From Felis catus (lineage: Eukaryota): DNA of 64,000 nucleotides. The first letter of the stretch is position 1. Each line of letters begins with the position of its first letter. This document shows positions 12,962 to 25,475 of this stretch, piece by piece. The DNA lies in contig NC_058368.1 in assembly GCF_018350175.1 (NCBI RefSeq), positions 2,666,001 to 2,730,000 of the forward strand, in the 5' to 3' direction. Below the pieces are notes generated by a model that did no database searches, had not been told where the DNA came from, and saw only the letters and a list, made by a program, of their open reading frames with translations. Position numbers and translations under genes: made by a program.

Positions 12962-13180
12962 GGGGCGCCTGGGTAGCTCAGTTGGTTGAGCGTCTGACTT
13001 TGGCTCAGGTCATGATCTCCCGGTCCGTGGGTTGGAGCCCCGCATTGGGCTCTGTGCTGACAGCTCAGAGCTTGGAGGCTGCTTCGGATTCTGTGTCTCC
13101 CTCTCTCTCTGACCCTCCCCCACTCTCGCTTTGTCTCACTCTGTCTCTCAAAAATAAATGTAAAAAATAATTTCTAAAAA
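12962..13180 (+). mobile_element. CAN-SINE (SINEC_Fc-type)
   Basis: ggggcgcctgggtagctcagttggttgagcgtc head, CT-rich tract, A tail. Confidence 0.95.
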
Positions 13181-13279
13181 CAAAGTGTAAAATATAACAA
13201 TTTGACATAGGTATGCATTGTGAAAGAATTTCCACCATGGAGTTAATTAGCATACCTATTACCTCACACATTTATTTAT

Positions 13280-13492
13280 TAAAATTTTTTTTAAATGTTT
13301 TTATTTATTTTTGAGACAGAGGGAGACAGAGCATGAGCGGGAGAGGGGCAGAGAGAGACAGAGACAGCATCTGAAGCAGGCTCCAGGCTCTGAGCTGTCA
13401 GTACAGAGCCCGACGTGGGGCTCAGACTCACAGTGAGATCACGACCTGAGCTGAAGTCGGATGCTTAACCGACTGAGCCATGCAGGCGCCCC
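13280..13492 (-). mobile_element. CAN-SINE (SINEC_Fc-type)
   Basis: SINE body; TSD acat(t/c)tatttatt at 13268 and 13493. Confidence 0.95.
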
Positions 13493-14384
13493 ACATCTAT
13501 TTATTTTTACTGTTATTTTTTTGGTGAGAAGACTTAAGTTTTACTCTCTTAGAACATTTTGATTACACAGTGCAGTGTTATCAACTGTAGTCACCATGTT
13601 ACACACTAGATCCTCGGATCTTACCCATCTTGTAACTGAAAGTTGAGACACTTTTCCAGCCTCTATCTATTTCCCAGCCCTCAGACCCTGGCAACCACCA
13701 TTCTAGTCTGTTGCTATCCATCAGGCTTCTTCTCCTCTCTCTCTCTCTCTCTGAAAGATTCCACATACAAACGACACCGTGCAGGATTTGTCCTCCTCTG
13801 TCCGGCTTATTTCAATTTGCGTAGGTTCATCAATCGTTTTCCCGGATGGCAGGATTTCTGTCTTTTTCATAGCTGAATAGTACTTCATTGTGTGCATATA
13901 CCACATCATCTTTATCCTTTTTTTTTTTTTTTTGGTGGACACTTAGGTTGTTTTCATGTCTTAGCTAGTGTGATGCTGTTGCAGTAGATGTGAGAGCGTA
14001 GGTTGCTTTCGGATAGCTGCTTTCATTCCTTTTGATACATACCCAGAAGTAGGATTGCCAGACAAGAAGGCAGTTCTATTTTTAATTTTTGAAGGAAACT
14101 CCGTACTGATTCCCAGGGCGGCTGCACCAATGTACCTTTCTGTCAACAGTGTGTAAGGATTCTCTTTTCTCCACATCCTTTCCATTACTTTTTACCTCTT
14201 GTTTTTTAATTTTTTAAAAATGCTTTGGTAATAGACATCCTAACAGGTGTGAAATGATATCTAATTGTGATTTTGATTTTATTTCCCTGATGATTGAAAT
14301 GATGTTGAGCATTCTTTCATGTACCTGTGGCCATTTGTATGTTTTCTTTGGAGGAATGTCTGTTCTTGTCCTTCGTCCATTTTT

Positions 14385-14602
14385 AGTTTTGTTTTTTTAA
14401 GTTTATTTATTTATTTTGAGAGAGACAGAGACAGCATGAGTGGGGAGGGGCAGGCAGAGAAGGAGAGAGAGAGAATCCCAAGCAGGCCCTGTACTGCCTG
14501 CACAGAGCCCCACGTGGGGCTCAAACTCATGAACTGTGAGACCATGACCTGAGCCAAAAGCAAGAGTTGGATGCTCAACCGACTAAACCACCCAGGCGCC
14601 CC
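14385..14602 (-). mobile_element. CAN-SINE
   Basis: SINE body ending ccacccaggcgcccc. Confidence 0.95.
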
Positions 14603-17600
14603 TTTTCCCTATTTTTAAATTGAATATTGTTTTTGCTCTTGAGTTATGTGAGTTCCTTGTATATTTTATATATTAACCCCTTACCAGATATGTGATTTGC
14701 AAACATGTTTTTCCAGTTGGTAGGCTGCCTTTTCATTTTGTTGATGGTTCCCTTTACTGCACAGAAGCTTCTTAGTTTGGTCTAGTCTCATTTGTTTACT
14801 TTTGCTTTTGTTACCTTTACTTTTGGTGTGAAATCCAAAAAATTATTGTCAAAACCAGTGTCAAGGGGCTTACCTCCTATGTATTCTTCTAAGAGTTTTA
14901 TGGCTGCAGGTCTTAAGTTCAAGTCTTTGAACCATTTGGAATTGGTTTTTGTGTAGAATAAAGTAAGAGTAAAGTTTCAGTAAAGTTGTTTTGCATATGG
15001 ATATCCAGTGTTCCCAACAGTCTCTTTATTAAAGAGATTATCCTTTTCCTCACTGTAGAGTCTTGGATCCTTTATCATGAATTAATTGATATATGCATGA
15101 GTTTTTTTTCTGGGCTCTCTATTCTGTTCCATTAATCTACACATCTGTAATATTGTTTGACATCAGAAAGTGTGATGCCTCAAGCTTTGTTTTTCTTTCT
15201 CAAGATTCCTTTGGTTATTTGGAGTCTTTTGCTCTTCCATACAAATGTTAGGATTGGTCTTTTTATTTCTGTGAGAGATGTCATTGGAATTTTGATAGGG
15301 ATTGAATTGAATCTGTAGATTGCTTTGGGTAGTATGGACATTCTAACAGTATCAGTTCTTCTGATCCATGAGCATGGGATGTCTTTCCATTTATTTTTGT
15401 CCACTTCAGTGTCTTTCATCAGTGTCTTATAGTTTTCAGTGTATAGATCTTTTACTTCACCAGTTAAATTTATTCTTCTTGGTGCAATTATAAATTGGAT
15501 AGTTTTAATTTCCCTTTCTGATAGTTCATTATTAGTGTACAAAAAAGCAACTTATTTTTGTATATTGATTTTGTGTCCTGCAAATGTACTGAATTTGTTT
15601 ATTAGTTCTAACAGTTTTTTTGGTGAAGTCTTTGTATTTTTCTAAAGACCAAAGTTTTCACCTGTAACCAGAGGCAATTTTATTTCTTCTTTTCCTCTTT
15701 GGATGCTTTTTCAAAAAATTTTTTTTCATGCCTAATTCTTCTGGCTAAGACTTCCAGAATAAAAGTGTAATAAAAGTGGCGAGTGTCTTGTTCCTGATTG
15801 TAGAGGGAAGATTTCAGTGCTTCATTGTTGAGTATGGTGTTAATTGTGGGCTTGTCAAAGATGCCTTTATTACATTGCAGTACATTCCTTCTATACCTAC
15901 TTTGTTGGAGGTTTTTTTTTTTTTTTTATCATGAAAGGGTTTGAAATTTGTCATATCTTTTTTCTGCATCTACACAGATGGTCACGTGGTTTTCATCCTT
16001 CTCTTTGTTAATGTGCTATATCACATTGATGTATTTATGTATGTTGATTCATTTTTGAATTCCAGGAATAAATAACACTTGATAGTGGTGTATGATCCTT
16101 TCAGTGTATTGTTGCATTTGGTTTGCTAATATTTTCTTGAGATTATCTGCATTTATGTTCATCAGGAATATTGGCTTATAATTTTCTTTTCTTGCAGTGT
16201 CCTTGTTTGGCTTTGATATCATGGTAATGCTGGCCTCAGAAAATGAGTTTGGAAGTATTCCCTCCTCTTCTGTTTTTTGGATGAGTCTGAGAAAGATTGG
16301 TATTAATTCTAAATTTGATGTTTGGTGAAATTCACCAATGAAACCATCTGGTCGGGACTTTTGTTCATTGGGAATTGTTTGGTTATTGATTCAACCTCCT
16401 TACTAGTAATTAGTCTGTTCAGATTTTCTATGTCTTCATGATTCTGTCTTGGTAGGTTGTATGTTCCTAGGAATGCATCCATTTCTTTTAGCTTGACCAA
16501 TTGTTGGCTTATAATTGTTCATTGTACATATTTTTGGATGGCAGTTTTTATCTTTCAGCACTTTGAACACATCATGGCACTCCCTTCTGGCTTGGGAGGT
16601 TTTTGCCTAAATATCTGCTAATAGTTTTATGAGGGTTTCCTTGTATGCATCAAGTTGCTTTTCTCTTGCTACTTTTAAGATTCTCTTTGTCTTTAACTTT
16701 TGACAAGTTAATTGTAATGTGTCTTGGTGAGGATGTCTTTAGATTTATCTCATTTGGAACTTTCTGAGCTTTCTAGATCTGGATGTCTGTTTAGGTTAAG
16801 GAGCTTTTCAGCCATTATTTCTTTGAACAAATTTTTGTTTGTTATTTATAAATATTTTTAATATTTTGAAATTCTCACTTTGTTCATGCACTGCTCTCCT
16901 CACTGGGCAATCATCCTTATGACCATTATTGGAATTCTTTATCAGATAATGCACTTATATCCATTTCATTAAGATTGGTTTCTGGAAATTGATCTTGGAC
17001 TTTTGTTTGGAATGTATTTCCCTGTTTCTTCATTTTCCTTGACACTCTGCGTTGGTTTTTCTGCATTAGATGAAACAGCCACGTCCCCTATCTTGACAGA
17101 CTGGTCTCATATAGGAGATCAACCTTGTCAGCCTGGTAATAAGCTCCTTGTTGTCTCTCAATCCTTTGTGATTATCAACCCCGTTGTCATTGTTCCCAGT
17201 AACTCCCAGTAGTTGAGAATGTTCCAAGGCCCATCAGTGTCCCAAAAGGGAGTCACAGTTGGCACCTAGCTGTAGGCTTATTAGGTAGGAGCATCTCCCT
17301 CTGGCTACAGCTGGGAGATTGCAGATTTAAATTTCTTTCAGGGAGAAACTGGGAGATGGGCACTTTTGCCTACTCCCTCTGCACTGAGCCTGGGTATATA
17401 GCCACTGGCAAGGGTGGGGCAATCCTGTGCCCATTTAAAAACTGCTTTTTTTGTTTGATATAGTCTTGTGGAACTTATGAATGCAAAGCTCATTAGCTAT
17501 CAGAGTTGGTTGTTAGGGGGGCCTGTCCTACCCAGGACAGCTATAAAAGCTGGAATTCCAGACATGTATGCAACCTCTTTCCAGAGGGATGTTGGTGTTG

Positions 17601-18330
17601 GTTTTATTGTTGGAGTGAGTTGGAGAAAGAAGATGGTGGAAGTGTCCACTGGCTTCCCTGGGTTCTAGGAAGATGTGTGCTCTAGATGTGTGCTAATTAG
17701 GAGCCAGGCTCTAAGATAGCAGCTTGTCAACATGTAGTCAAGCCCCTTCCCAGCAGGCATTTTTGCCTGCTTCTTCTGCACGGAGTCTTGGGGGGGATAG
17801 CGATGGGGATTGTTAAGTACTCCTCCTTTGCTACAGTCTAGTGGGACTTATGGATGCAAGCCCGACTGGCTTTCAGAGCTAGATGTTTCGGCAGCCTGTC
17901 CACGGGGTGAGAACCTTAAAAGTTGGGGCACTAGATAATATGGTCCAAACCCTTCGCTCCTCAGAGAGATGCTGGGGATTGGAGATTCTGTGCTGATTTT
18001 ATGGCATTCTGCCAGGAAAGGGGTTTATGGCGAGAATGTGTCTCAGTCTTCTCTATGCATTTTGATACAGGCATTTTTCTCGTTCACCCTACAGGTTGGC
18101 GTCACCACGGATTTCTCTGAGACAATCGCTCCATGGGTAGCTACATATTTGGTGCACCTCCGGGAGCTGGTAAGTTTATGTTTTGAACCTGGTTGAAGCA
18201 CTATGTGATTTCCCTTAGTGTGTCTGATATTGTTGTTTTGGGCTCATTTGTTCCAGTCTATTGAGATCTTCTGAATCTCGACTCTGCTATACAACGTATC
18301 GCCTACTGGCTTGAGAATTGTGTTTTCTGT

Positions 18331-18375
18331 TTCTTCTTCTTCTTCTTCTTCTTCTTCTTCTTCTTCTTCTTCTTC
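18331..18375 (+). repeat. (TTC)15 microsatellite
   Basis: Direct count of units. Confidence 0.95.
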
Positions 18376-18912
18376 TTTTTAAATAGAAACGTCCACCAAG
18401 TCAGGCCCATGAGCTAACACTTGAGCATATCACTGGGAATTCAAATCGACCTGACTTTGTTAATTGAAAGTCTTTGGCAATTCAATCAGAAATCTACAAA
18501 GCTTTATTTTTGATTTTCTAATTTTTATTCCTACCCACAAAAAATACTACAAGAGACTTGCTAAATACCGGATTGAAATTAAGAAACCAAGTGTCTATGG
18601 CATACTTCTGCTTCACCACTAGCTGCTCTGACAATCTTAGCCAATAAGTAGCAGTGGGGATCATTGTCAAAGTGCGCTCTTAGTGAATCAGTGCTGATTC
18701 TCAGTGATAAGAGCCTCCTTTTGAAAGTGTTTACAGGCCTACATTTAATAATTTATTCAAGGATTTTTCTGGAGATTGACGTTTGCTCTCGAATTACAAT
18801 TTTTTGCCATTTTCCTTTAGCCTTTTCCCTCGTGTTTGGGAGGCAGGACATTTCTCGTTTCTCATTTTTTCACATTCTCTGTTGAAATACAATGGCTCTG
18901 TAGTATCACATT

Positions 18913-19119
18913 TAAAAAAATGTTTATTTATTCTGAGAGAGAGAGAGAGAGTGGGTGTGAGTTTGCATGCAAGTGGGGGTGGGGCAGAGAAAGGAAGAGA
19001 AAGAGAGAAAGGCAGAGAATACTAAGCACTGACAGTGAACAGCCTGGCAAGCTAACCTTGAAATCATGACCTGAGCCGAAATCAAGGCTGCTTAACTGAC
19101 TGAACCACCCAGGTGCGCC
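18913..19119 (-). mobile_element. CAN-SINE (degenerate)
   Basis: Diverged SINE body. Confidence 0.85.
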
Positions 19120-19146
19120 TGTATTTGCACATTCTTTTAGTATTTT

Positions 19147-19357
19147 TTTTTTTTTTAACGCTTATTTATTTTTGAGACGGAGAGAGACAGAGCATGAGCA
19201 GGGGAGGGGCAGAGAGAGGGAGACACAGAATCTGAAGCAGGCTCCAGGCTCTGAGCTGTCAGCACAGAGCCCGACACGGGGCTCGAACTCACGGACCGCG
19301 AGATCATGACCTGAGCCGAAGTCGGCGGCTTAACCGACTGAGCCACCCAGGCGCCCC
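19147..19357 (-). mobile_element. Young CAN-SINE (SINEC_Fc-type)
   Basis: CpG-rich near-consensus body; 14-bp TSD tcttttagtatttt at 19133-19146 and 19358-19371. Confidence 0.97.
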
Positions 19358-19765
19358 TCTTTTAGTATTTTGAATGTGATCCATTTGGACTTAGAGACCT
19401 AAATTCATCTAAGTGATGAGGTTATTTCTAACTATTGTTATTTATTTTGGCTTTTAGTTCCTTGAGGCATTTTTATTTTGCTTTTTCAATTTTAAGACCC
19501 TCCTCTATGAGGGTTCAGAAACTTATCTGTTTTACTCATTATTATTCCATGGTGCCCATAACAGGCTCTTACTAAACGCTTGTTAAATAAATGAATGAAA
19601 ATTAAATCATACATAGACTCTTGTTACTAGACTTGTAACCCAATGAAGACTGTTACAGGTATGGATCACTTGTAATTCTCAGCTCAAACATGTATTATTT
19701 TATTTTTTTTTGTTTTTGTTTTTCTATTGTTTTGTTTTTATTTGCTTTAAAATACATTGGTTCAC

Positions 19766-20002
19766 GGGGTGCCTGGGTGGCTCAGTCGGTTAAGTGGTCG
19801 ACTTCGGCTCAGGTCATGATCTCACAGTTCGTGGGTTTGAGCCCCGCGTCCGGCTCTGGGCTGATGGCTCAGAGCCTGGATGGAGCCTGCTTCCGACTCT
19901 GTGTCTCCCTCTCTCTCTGCCCTCCCCCGTTCATGCTCTGTCTCTCTCTGTCTCAAAAATAAATAAGCACTAAAAAAATTAAAAAAAAACAAACAAAAAA
20001 TT
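19766..20002 (+). mobile_element. CAN-SINE (SINEC_Fc-type)
   Basis: SINE body; 17-bp TSD aaaata(c/a)attggttcac at 19749-19765 and 20003-20019. Confidence 0.97.
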
Positions 20003-21614
20003 AAAATAAATTGGTTCACATAAAAATCCTGTTAATGCCTTAAATGCAAACTTTACTTCTAAACCAAATTTATTTTCGTTTACAATATTGTTAAATGTTT
20101 ATTTCCAGTAAGAATATCATCATTAAACACGTTCTCAAGGTTTGTAGTTTTTTCCCTTATAAAATCTGGATCTGTGACATAAAAAAATTCATCAGAATGA
20201 TTATAATATGCTTCTAATCATGTGCCTCTTAGTCACTGGCATTCAACAAGAAGAATGATCTGTATCATCATGAAATCAGATGCTTTGTTCAATCAGATAT
20301 GTGCTCATTCTTTGCTTATATGAATGGGCGATAACCTTTGTTTTTCATAGATCAAGAATGTCACTTTGATTCAAAGTTATTTACAATAATACCTTTTTTT
20401 TTTATTAACACCTGCATCCTTAAACCGGTGGCAAGATGGAAAACACAGACGTTACAGATTGAAATTCAAGAGAATCTACACTTAGAAGACTTAAAGATTT
20501 GCACCTGGAAAACAAAACAAAACAAAACAAATGACTGTCTTGCATAGTCAGATAAAATAAAAGAGAATTACAGATGTTACTTGTGACACTGATGCTTTCC
20601 CCAAGGATGCCTGGCGGTAGGGTGGGGTAGGATGGAGACTCATCTAGAATGAGTCCTACAAAATATTGATGGGGGAATACATTTCAGATTTTCTTTTATC
20701 TCATTTCATTAAAAAGGAATGAAAACACTTTTCTTTCAAAGTATTGATTCTACAGCCTGGGCCAGTGGGTGAACTATGTATTAGGCAAGGTGAGTGACCA
20801 CCATCTGGAAATGGGAACATTGAGAAGAGGGCAAGAGGGTCAAGCTGTGGGGATAAAGAAAAAAAAAAAAAGAAGTGAGAATAAACTGAATACATAAATT
20901 TCACATCAGAATATGAGGGTGAGGGAGAAGGGAAGCCAGGAAGAAGGAAGAGAGCGAATGAGCCGGAATGGCCTGCGTTCAGTAGACGCAGCTCGAGCCC
21001 TAGCGCTCGGAAAAGTTGGTGGCCGAGTCTGTCGCACATAGACATCAGGTTCCCTTCCAGCCACTCCTAGGAGCCAACCTCCACCTGAAATACACCAGAG
21101 TCGGGGACGCAGGGGCGTGACCTGAACACTCCGGGAAAGCGGGTCAGTGTTCTCATCACGTGGTTGCTACCCTTCTTGGTTTGACGTGGAGTTTCTGCTG
21201 GGTAGAACAATCCACTCCGAAGCTAAGGAAGATATTGCAGAGGATGATTTTCTTTTGCTCGAATTGGATGGGACCTGTTGTTAAATTGACTTCTAAATGA
21301 CACGAATAAAACATTTGGTTGAGACTTACCCTATAAAGCTTCAGCAAATTCTCCACTCCCCAGCACACAGTTTCCAAAGTCTTGCTTTTCCAGGCCTGGC
21401 GGGGTACGTATTCTTTCTGCTGCAGAACCCCATCCTTTTGAGACGGCAAGGGCAAGGAAATGCCTCCCACAGACCCATGGAGCTGGAGCAAGGGCTGGTG
21501 TGGGGTCAGGCATCCAGGATTGTCCCCAGGCACGATACCTCTGTTTCCGGCTTGCCATTCTATATTGAGAGCAGTTTCTGAAACTTGGAGAGTTGATTCT
21601 TCTGGAAGCATTTT

Positions 21615-21841
21615 AAAAAAAAAAAAATTTTTTTTTTAACGTTTTATTTATTTTTGAGACAGAGAGAGACAGAGCATGAACGGGGGAGGGGCGGAGAGAG
21701 AGGGAGACACAGAATCGGAAGCAGGCTCCAGGCTCTGAGCTGTCAGCACAGAGCCCGATGCGGGGCTCAAACACACGAACCGCGAGATCGTGACCTGAGC
21801 TGAAGTCGGACGCTTAACCGACTGAGCCACCCAGGCGCCCC
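21615..21841 (-). mobile_element. Young CAN-SINE (SINEC_Fc-type)
   Basis: Near-consensus body; TSD tggaagcatttt at 21603 and 21842. Confidence 0.97.
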
Positions 21842-22713
21842 TGGAAGCATTTTTTTTAGGCATGTGTTTTTTTTCCTTAACACATACTTCAATTAAAAAG
21901 GCATTGATCTATTACTTTTTTCCCTTTCTCGTGCTGTAGTATTGATTTAATTTTTAATTTTTATTTAATTTTATTATTTTTATGGAGCTGTGTTCTTGCC
22001 TAGTGCTCATCTCCTCTCTGTTTTGGTGGAAGTCAAACCACCGTTGGGCTAGGGGCTGAAAATACCCTCTGGGGCCCCTCCCAACCTTCATCTCCAGCTA
22101 GTGAGAGAGGGCATTTTTGCTTCTGGCTGCAGGTTCCAAAACCTGTCCTTTGCTTTTCCCAGCCCCCATAAGATGGACTTTCCAGGAGTGGCACAAGACC
22201 TCTGAGAAGGAGCAGTTGAATTGGGACAAGTAAACTTTAAGTGGAAGATGCTGGAGCAGCCGTGATATCAGGAGAGTAAAAAGTGAGGTAAAAATTTTCA
22301 AAAATTCTGCTGTTTTATGTAAGTATCAGAATTTGACAAGTCTGGGAAAAGTTACACATTCAAAAAACATGTTATTACGATATCATACAGTGGCGTTTTC
22401 TTGCATGCAATTTCAGGTAAGGTTCCTGACAGCATTTGGGATAGGAAAACAAAGAAGTTTCCATTATGAGCGTTTCAGCTCACATTTAACAGTAAAGGAA
22501 CTTCTTAGATTATTTTCTGTCCTGAGTATGTGTCCCTTCTAAAAATAACTGTTTGTTCTTTTTCTATTCAGTCTACATGAGTTGTTTAATTAGATATGTA
22601 CATCACACAGAGGAAATCTCTTTGGTATCATTGTACTATGTGGTGGACCCAATTAACTTAGATGAACCGAAATAGCACCTTTTTTGTATGAAGCACAATT
22701 GCAAAAATCATTA

Positions 22714-22810
22714 GTTAATATGAATATTAGCAATAACATTAGCAATAATATTAGCAATAATATTCATATTAACAATTTAATATGAATATTAGCAATAATA
22801 TTCATATTAA
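22714..22810. repeat. Two tandem AT-rich perfect inverted repeats
   Basis: Arms 22714-22729/22758-22773 (16 bp) and 22777-22791/22796-22810 (15 bp) are exact reverse complements. Confidence 0.95.
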
Positions 22811-25444
22811 CAATAAACAGGTTTATGTTACTATATTTAGAAGGCCAACAATAGTCTTGGCATAGCAGATCTCTTTTAAACAAATTTTATGTTGTGACAC
22901 TTTGTAAAGCACAAAGATGCATACTGGGATCAAAACCAGAGCAAATGGGTTCTTGGGACAGCAGCAGATACAGCCTGCAAAGATTCAGTCTACTCCCAGA
23001 ATCCCACCTTGAGACCTTAAGAGCTTAATCTTTTTCGGCCCCCTTTTCCACATCTTGACAGTCCTTAAGGTATCGTGTGGCCCTGAATGCCATGATTCTA
23101 TGAATTCTTGACTTAACTCAAAGTTTATGAGGTGGTATTGCCCACAGACTCATTCTTTTCCAGGTTAGTGGAGCTGGTAGAAGGAGAAATGTCTGTTTGC
23201 TTGTCTTTCGCCTCTACTAAACTGTAAGCTGATTGAGGACAGGGTCTGTGCTTGCCCGCCATCATGTCTCAAGCATCCAACAGACAGGGCCTCAAAGAAT
23301 AACGGTGGAATGAGTGAGTGGATCGCTTGTAATTGAGGGCAGGGGGGCCAGAAGCGACGTTATGAGGAAAAGCCTCATGTGACAATGAGGGTGTGCTGCT
23401 GTTTCTGGCTAGAAAATGCTCCTGCTTATTTTCTTTTTTTTAAAGATGGACTTTTACTGGCTGGAGACTTAGATCCAAAGAGAATATTAATCTGAAAGTA
23501 ACAAAGTGTGAGTTTTATAGGCTCTGGACCACTCCGGACCCAGCTGTTTCTTTTTAATGAGGATAGCTTTTTCATCACTCCCCCATTCTCTGGCAGAGGG
23601 GTTGGTGCATTCTGATATCCTCTTGGAAAGTGAAGGCCTTTCTTTGTTATTCTTTCCTCACTTTAGAAGACATTGAGTTTTATTTAAAGAGCTAAGTCTC
23701 CCGTAAGATTTTATTAGCAGCCTGAGCAGAGTCCTTATCATTCTCCACTGAAATCTGTAACCTCTCTAACAGTCCAGTTAAAGTGTTTGTATGTCCATTG
23801 GCCTCTCTGGTTGTCCCAGTTCATAATGTCTTCCTCCTCTGAATTTCTGTCACACTTGTGACGACGGTGCCTCTCATCAGTGGCTCACCACAGGCAAATC
23901 TGAGGTAGGTCCCATCCTTTTGCAAGACCCAATCTGCTCCAGGGCAGACACTGGCTTTTCCATATAGCTTCTAGTGCTGTGCACTGCCCCTTTCACACTG
24001 TCTGAACAGATACTTGCTGAGCTTGTGAATGACCATGCACGAGTGAACAATGTCTAGAAAATTTTAGAAATGGAGCTAGTCCCATTTCATCATTCTGGGC
24101 AAGTCATAGACTTTTAGAGGTGTCAGGAGTCTGAGCGCTTGTATAATCCAAGTTCCCCATTTGATATTCTAGCTTTATTTCTTAGAACATCCTCCCTGTG
24201 CAGCACATTCTATGAGTTCAACACGACTTCAAAGATGTGAGAAATTTTCAATAGCACCAAGAGTTGTAGTTGCAAATGCTTTGTTTAGAAGGCAGAATGG
24301 GAGCCTACTTCCGTGGGATGGAAAGTAGCGGTCAAAGGCTTACTCAACGTGGATCATTTTAAATACGGAGGGATCTGTACATCAATTCTGGAGTGGTATG
24401 GTCTCTTTCCTCCTCTCCTTCAACTCCTCCGTTTAACATTTTGCTTTACTATTATTTGGTCTCCTGTGTCAAATAAAGCACCTTTTATATTTAGTACAAT
24501 AGGCCCAGTGTCAAGTCTGTCTAGTCCAAAGTGCTGAACAAACATTAACCCATCCGACTCCCCTTGACCCCATATTGCACACCCTTGTTTAAACACTACA
24601 GTTGTTTTAGATAACCATTCTAGGCAGTAGCTAGGAAAATTATAGAAAGCACATGAGAGTTTAAATATGTTAGGGTGTGTTGTGTAGTGAAGTTTCCCCT
24701 GATGTTAAAGGTCTTAAATCCTGATTGTTTACAGTTCAAAAGTCTTCCGGAGGGATGATTAAGAACAAAATGCATGAAATAGGAAATGGCTGAATGCCTT
24801 TTAGGAGGTGAGGGCTTTTGATGATGGACTGTCTAAAATATTTCCAAATAGCGATATCCAAAGATTTTATTACCAAAGTAGAATTAAGCAACAAATTCTT
24901 GAGACTCTCCATAAATCAGAAGTTACCAGCCCCCCCCCCCCAAACAAAATAAAAATATCTGGCTGAGTTTTGGGGAGTGAAGATATTCATTTATCTAAAT
25001 GGCATGTTGACTGCAGCTTGTTTTTGGGAGATTGTTTTTTTTCCTCTTCCATCTGAGATGTCTTAGCTCTTCCCTCATTTCTGCCTCTGGAATTTGTAAC
25101 ACACTGTAAAAGGTCCATTCCAATTCTATCACGAGGAATGGAATTCGAGGACTTCCCAGTCATTTCAGCTCTCTAAACTTAAAAAAAAAAATCTCATAAA
25201 AGAAATACCGTATGCTATGATTAGGAGAATTTTTTGAAGATTCAAAAACTGTAATTGCAATGAAACTTTAACAGTTGCCCACAGTTCTTGTCTCTAATTT
25301 ATGTACCACATTTAACAAGCCACTTCAGTTCTGAGGCTGTTTCCTTGTCTGTACAATGGAATGTATCTAATGAGCTTAAATGCTACGCTTCATCGTTAGG
25401 CAAGATTATGGCAACATATCACACCATTTTTGCTTTCTCTTTGC

Positions 25445-25475
<31 letters not shown>

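Larger units (their letters stand above)
12925..18180 (-). mobile_element. Ancient near full-span L1 (L1MA9-like 3' end, degenerate ORF2, ORF1 and 5' UTR) with an internal deletion and three SINE insertions
   Basis: ORF2 peptides ([12 protein letters not shown]...[18 protein letters not shown] at 15180-15542; EMDAFLGTYNLPR at 16309-16500), abrupt jump to ORF1-like sequence at ~16520, then L1M-type 5' UTR. Confidence 0.85.

Noticed and set aside
12962..13040. tRNA-like sequences here and at the other SINE heads as tRNA genes
   Set aside because: They are the tRNA-derived heads of CAN-SINEs, followed by the SINE body, CT tract and A tail
19155..19346. Recurring MAQSVK...AQVMIS... ORFs across the window
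   Set aside because: Translations of CAN-SINE sequence, not a gene family
22714..22810. Palindromic repeats as a CRISPR array
   Set aside because: No unique spacers, no cas genes, and the context is mammalian
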